DNA of 58,403 nucleotides from an uncultured Bacilli bacterium (GTDB lineage Bacteria; Bacillota_I; Bacilli_A; RF39; UBA660): NCBI GenBank assembly GCA_947627635.1, contig CANQWT010000002.1, positions 1 to 58,403 of the forward strand, read 5' to 3'. Shown piece by piece: positions 55,023 to 58,403 of this stretch (position 1 is its first letter; each line of letters starts with the position of its first letter). The notes under the pieces were generated by a model. It saw only the letters and a program-made list of their open reading frames with translations, ran no database searches and was not told where the DNA came from. The position numbers and the translations under genes were made by a program.

Positions 55023-55616
55023 TTATTCTACTTTCTTACGGTCAAATAAGGCACGTTCTAATGTTAAAGCATCTACATATTCCATATCTGCGCCCATTGG
55101 AATTCCACTTGCAAGTTGCGTAACTTCAACGTTCATTCCTTCTAAAATTCTTTTAATATAAAGTGTTGTAGTTTCTCCCTCAATACTCGGTTTAAACGCA
55201 AGTATGATTTCTTCTATCTTTTCATCTTCTATTCGCTTTATCAATTTTTCTAGACCAATATCTTCTGGATTTAGTCCATCAAGGGGTGAAATAAGGCCCT
55301 TTAAAACATGATACTTTCCTCGAAATGTACCTAATTTTTCAAATAAGAAGACGATTTTAGGGTCTTCTACAACACATAATTTTGCTTGACGAAGAGAACT
55401 ACTACAAATATCACAGACTTCTTTATCTGTTAAAGCATTACAAATAGAACATGGACGGATTTTTTCTTTGACTTCCTTTAGACTTTCTCGAAAAAAATTG
55501 ACTTGTTCTTCTTCTAAGCCTAAAACTGAAAATGCCATTCTTTCTGCGGATTTTTCCCCTATTCCTGGGAAAAATTTAAATGCTTCGATTAAATCTTTTA
55601 AACTCTTTGGATACAT
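55023..55616 (-). CDS. recR: Recombination protein RecR
   Basis: 197 aa; HhH N-terminus (PGIGEKSAERMAF), C4 zinc finger CSICNALTDKEVCDIC, Toprim domain. Confidence 0.95.
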   Translation of the reverse strand: MYPKSLKDLIEAFKFFPGIGEKSAERMAFSVLGLEEEQVNFFRESLKEVKEKIRPCSICNALTDKEVCDICSSSLRQAKLCVVEDPKIVFLFEKLGTFRGKYHVLKGLISPLDGLNPEDIGLEKLIKRIEDEKIEEIILAFKPSIEGETTTLYIKRILEGMNVEVTQLASGIPMGADMEYVDALTLERALFDRKKVE

Positions 55617-55617
55617 T

Positions 55618-55914
55618 TTAGAATAGTCCTGGCATTGCGTTTGTAAATTTACCCATTTTTTGTTCAGTTAAATCGTCAACTTTTTTCATTGCATTATTTG
55701 TAGCAATTAAAATCATGTCTTCTAATAGTTCAATATCTTCTTGTTCTAATTTTTCTTCATTGATTTTGACACTTAATAGTTCTTTTTTTCCATTCATTTT
55801 AACAGTTACAAAACCATTTTCTCCTTCAAACTCAGTTTGGTCAATGATTTCTTTTTCTTTCATCATTTCTCTTTGCATATTTTGTGCTTGTTTCATTATA
55901 GCTTGTATATTCAT
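55618..55914 (-). CDS. ybaB: YbaB/EbfC-family nucleoid-associated protein
   Basis: 98 aa; MKQAQNMQ..., ..G.V.V..NG...L..V.I.. pattern; sits between dnaX and recR. Confidence 0.92.
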   Translation of the reverse strand: MNIQAIMKQAQNMQREMMKEKEIIDQTEFEGENGFVTVKMNGKKELLSVKINEEKLEQEDIELLEDMILIATNNAMKKVDDLTEQKMGKFTNAMPGLF

Positions 55915-55930
55915 TTTTATCCCTCTTTCC

Positions 55931-57667
55931 TTAATTAAATTCTACTATATCACCAAATAATGATAAAGTCTCTTCCTCATTTTTATCAAGTTTTTCTACT
56001 TTGACTGATGGTGCAATGTTTGTATCTGCTTGCTGTTCTTGCTGGTCTTCAATAATTTCAAATGGTATTCCCTTTTGCTTGCATTCAATGAACTCTTGCT
56101 TTAATTTTGCCCAATTACTATCAGTAATAGCAATGATTTTTTTACTGAGTGTAGTAATATTTTTAAAGTTTTCACTCATTGCATCTAAGCTCGGAAATAT
56201 TTTTTCTAACATGGAATCATACTCATAACTAAGTATCATTTCAGTTTCATTTGCTGCGCATAACTTACCATCCATTAAATAACATACAATATAACCAATG
56301 TGGTTGTCAAAAGTAAAATCAGCTAATTTATTCCAACATTCTTTAATTGTTAATAACTCTGACTTAGATGCGGTCGCTAAAACATTGTGAGCTTTTATAA
56401 GCATATTTTCTGCGACCTGTTGGAAATCAAAGCTTGGAACTTTTGGAGGTGTTTCTTCTTGGACCTTTTTTACTTCTTCGACTGCTGGTTCTTCGGGTTT
56501 CTTATTTTCTAGTTCTTTTTGTTCTTCTTGCTTTGGTTCAGGATTTACTATAGTCTCTTGCTTTTGTGTTTCTACTGATTTTATAGTTTGTGAGATAGGA
56601 ACGTCTTGAGATACTGAGGTCTTTGGAGATTTAATCGTACTGTGCATAAAGTTCAATAGCATAATTTCTACATAAGTCTTACTGTCGTCAGCTTTCTTTA
56701 TATCAAACATACGTTCATTCAACTTATTTATCAATTCAATACAAATATCTTCGTCATACTCTAATTTTTTGTTTTCAATATAAAATTGAACAAGTTTATT
56801 TTTAATCACGGTAATAAGTTGCTTGGCAATTTGAATAATGTTTTTTCCTTCACTACATTTTTCTTCAATAAAATTGATTAAATTCGCTGCGTCATTTGAA
56901 AAAATATAACCTAGCATTTTTTCTAAATCTTGTTCTAATAAGTTTCCATAGATTTCATTAAAATCTTGAATTGTTACTTTATCATTTTTATATGATGTGA
57001 CTTGGTCTAATAAACCTATTGCATCACGTAAACCTCCATCTGAAACTGTAACTATTTCCTTTAAAACTTCTTCTTCGACATTTAAATTTTCTTGCTCTGT
57101 TATGTTTTTAAGTCGCATAAACATACTGTTATCATCAATTCGTTTAAATTGGAAACACTGGCATCGTGATACAATTGTTATTGGAACTTTTTGTGGGTCT
57201 GTGGTTGCTAAAATAAAGATAGCATGTTCAGGTGGTTCTTCTAAAGTCTTAAGTAATGCATTAAAAGCTCCAATAGATAACATATGAACTTCGTCTATAA
57301 TATAAATTTTATATTTTAATTCTGAAGGTACAATATTGACTTTACTTTTTAATTCACGTATTTCATCGACACCATTATTTGAGGCAGCATCGATTTCAAT
57401 GATATCAATACATTCTTTTGAAAAACTGTTCAAACAATTTTTACATTTACCACAAGCTTCTCCCTGAACTGGTTCTAGGCAATTTGCAGTATAAGCAAAA
57501 ATTTTAGCGATGGTAGTCTTTCCTGTTCCTCTAGGTCCTGAAAACATATAAGCATGGTTGATATGCTGATTTTTTATGGCATTCTTTAATGTTTGAACAA
57601 TTGCATTTTGTCCGTATACATCTTCGAATTTTTTTGGTCTATATTTTCGGTATAATGCTTGATACAT
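55931..57667 (-). CDS. dnaX: DNA polymerase III subunit gamma/tau
   Basis: MYQALYRKYRP..., GPRGTGKTT Walker A, zinc module CGKCKNC, DEVHMLS; start set to ATG 57667. Confidence 0.95.
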   Translation of the reverse strand: MYQALYRKYRPKKFEDVYGQNAIVQTLKNAIKNQHINHAYMFSGPRGTGKTTIAKIFAYTANCLEPVQGEACGKCKNCLNSFSKECIDIIEIDAASNNGVDEIRELKSKVNIVPSELKYKIYIIDEVHMLSIGAFNALLKTLEEPPEHAIFILATTDPQKVPITIVSRCQCFQFKRIDDNSMFMRLKNITEQENLNVEEEVLKEIVTVSDGGLRDAIGLLDQVTSYKNDKVTIQDFNEIYGNLLEQDLEKMLGYIFSNDAANLINFIEEKCSEGKNIIQIAKQLITVIKNKLVQFYIENKKLEYDEDICIELINKLNERMFDIKKADDSKTYVEIMLLNFMHSTIKSPKTSVSQDVPISQTIKSVETQKQETIVNPEPKQEEQKELENKKPEEPAVEEVKKVQEETPPKVPSFDFQQVAENMLIKAHNVLATASKSELLTIKECWNKLADFTFDNHIGYIVCYLMDGKLCAANETEMILSYEYDSMLEKIFPSLDAMSENFKNITTLSKKIIAITDSNWAKLKQEFIECKQKGIPFEIIEDQQEQQADTNIAPSVKVEKLDKNEEETLSLFGDIVEFN

Positions 57668-57734
57668 CCTAATCACCCCTAACACCTTATATTATAACAT
57701 ATTTCTTTCCAAAAAAAGCGTTTAAAACTGCATT

Positions 57735-58178
57735 TTAACGCTTTTTTTGGAAAAATTTTTGGAGCAAAGCAAGAGATTTATCTTCACAAATTAGTTGTTC
57801 ATAATTGACTGTTTGATTTGTATTATTTTTTTCAAAAATTTGTTTTGAAATTTTCATGCACTTACTATCTGTATTTTCTAAGGTATAATATAAATTTCTG
57901 ATACGTGCTTGTTGAAGTGCACTTGCACACATTGGGCATGGAAATAAAGTGACATAGATATCACAGTCAATGAGCCGCCAATTTTTAATTTTTTTTGAAG
58001 CCTTTTGAATAGCAATAATTTCGGCATGTTTTGTTGCATCTTGTTTTTTTTCTTTCATATTATGAGCTTTAGCAATAATTTTATTATCCTTTACAATAAC
58101 TGCACCAATTGGAACTTCATTTTCTTCTAAAGCAAGTTGGGCTTCTTTTATAGCAAGTTCCATATATTTAGAATTCAT
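57735..58178 (-). CDS. tadA: tRNA adenosine(34) deaminase
   Basis: HAEIIAI and PCPMCASAL CDA zinc motifs; start trimmed to ATG 58178 (MNSKYMELAIKEA). Confidence 0.9.
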   Translation of the reverse strand: MNSKYMELAIKEAQLALEENEVPIGAVIVKDNKIIAKAHNMKEKKQDATKHAEIIAIQKASKKIKNWRLIDCDIYVTLFPCPMCASALQQARIRNLYYTLENTDSKCMKISKQIFEKNNTNQTVNYEQLICEDKSLALLQKFFQKKR

Positions 58179-58403
58179 CCTATCAACTCCATTAAAAAAG
58201 TGCACATAAGCAAGAAATGTTAAGGCTGCTATCTTCCAATCCTGACCTGGTTCCATTTATGCTTATTGCACGTTTCTAATTTTAATATAAACTTATTGTT
58301 TTGTAAAGTTTATTGTTTTATTTTTTTGTTCCACGTGAAACTTCCTTCCTAATTATTTCCCGGGAAATATTTTCTTCCTTTATTCCTTCCTCTGTTCCAC
58401 GTG

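Noticed and set aside
57686-57734. Expected SRP RNA (scr/ffs) between tadA and dnaX, as in B. subtilis
   Set aside because: The gap is only about 50-70 nt and shows no SRP domain IV motif. The gene must be elsewhere.

Overview
Low-GC Bacillota-type chromosome segment, almost entirely transcribed on the minus strand. The backbone follows Bacillus-like origin-proximal synteny: tadA-dnaX-ybaB-recR-bofA-holB-yaaT-yabB-rsmI, pth-mfd-spoVT, metG (T-box)-tatD-3D/yabE-like, rsmA(ksgA), veg, ftsEX-M23 hydrolase, uvrB, uvrA, lgt-yvcK-whiA. Several accessory blocks interrupt it. (1) A reduced type VIIb secretion-like locus at 20.4-27.3 kb has essC, a WXG100-like protein, a YukD-like protein and small helical or acidic proteins. 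I see no EssA, EssB or EsaA candidates. (2) Around essC are three related non-coding transcription units with near-consensus sigma-A promoters and intrinsic terminators. Two are plus-strand paralogs transcribed divergently from the two T7SS promoters, and one is a degenerate minus-strand copy. I cannot assign them to any RNA family. (3) A plus-strand AlbA_2/HATPase-type gene carries a 42-bp in-frame tandem repeat. (4) A small defence-type island at 30.9-34.8 kb holds an AAA ATPase + RloB pair (AbiL-like) and an XRE repressor + ImmA/IrrE-metallopeptidase::Fic fusion. (5) A SipW-type signal peptidase locus at 34.9-42.7 kb has four monocistronic TasA-like paralogs, each with its own promoter and terminator. 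It also contains an IS91-family element sitting next to a 222-bp duplication, and a 38-bp tandem repeat. (6) uvrB and uvrA are separated by 4.7 kb, including two tandem paralogs of unknown function translationally coupled to uvrB. No rRNA, tRNA or CRISPR array was seen. All calls come from reading motifs and translations by eye, with no database search.
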